Shown: piece by piece, positions 12,875-12,960 of the stretch
Layout: every line of letters starts with the position of its first letter
Numbering within the stretch: the stretch's first letter is position 1
Source: a virus
Lineage: Duplodnaviria; Heunggongvirae; Uroviricota; Caudoviricetes
Length of the DNA stretch: 12,960 bases
Reading direction: 5' to 3' (one strand)
IMG/VR virus record: IMGVR_UViG_3300046507_000435
Span: 64,001 to 76,960 of that record
Notes under the pieces: model-generated
What the model was told of the DNA's origin: nothing
What the model saw: only the letters and a program-made list of their open reading frames with translations
Database searches by the model: none
Program-made: the position numbers and the translations under genes

Positions 12875-12960
12875 GGCGGCTTTCTGAAGGTTAGGAAAAC
12901 CGCAGTGTCAGGCCATTTATTCAAAAACTTGGAATTCAGGGGCGGGGGCCGCCCCGCCGG

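Larger units (their letters stand above)
1..12960. mobile_element. Phage/prophage region: end of a virion/late gene convergent with an early-type operon of small hypothetical genes
   Basis: Giant DarB-like/PLxRFG polyvalent gene, tightly coupled small genes of phage type (ATGA overlaps, 'LEAA*' C-terminus), phage-borne H-NS. No integrase, att site or capsid gene in the window, so phage versus prophage versus other element is inferred. Confidence 0.8.

Noticed and set aside
12398-12880. GCCGCCATG preceding both ATG 12874 and ATG 12400 (Kozak-like)
   Set aside because: Short GC-rich match expected by chance at this GC content, with no known meaning for bacterial initiation.
12941-12958. GGCGGGG-gccg-CCCCGCC hairpin as a terminator
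   Set aside because: No adjacent U-tract on the minus strand, and the plus-strand context is cut off by the window edge.
1-12960. CRISPR arrays, tRNA/rRNA genes, IS elements, att sites
   Set aside because: No regularly spaced repeats, cloverleaf-like sequence, transposase or integrase seen.

Overview
A GC-rich phage/prophage segment, probably from a betaproteobacterium (inferred from codon usage and the H-NS type). Bases 1-8421 (+) are the 5'-truncated end of a giant DarB-like polyvalent protein. Its domains, in order, are an SF2/SNF2 helicase, a GNAT-like domain, an HExxH zincin, an H-Y-E ADP-ribosyltransferase, a GNAT, and a PLxRFG/LPD38-like C-terminus. Repeated hydrophobic-(F/Y)-S junction motifs separate the domains. 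The gene converges at a bidirectional intrinsic terminator (8424-8458) with a minus-strand run of small phage genes, including an H-NS-family gene with a near-consensus sigma70 promoter. The most notable signal lies inside the giant gene. Two +1-frame ORFs (about 3041-3466 and 4484-4702) take over the high-GC3 codon signal from the host frame. Each sits in the same cassette as a putative toxic enzyme domain (GNAT-like, ART), and each is preceded by a sigma70-like promoter embedded in a patch of rare codons; the second also has a GGAGG RBS. The working hypothesis, which is untested, is that these are nested, independently expressed immunity or regulator genes travelling with swappable effector cassettes.
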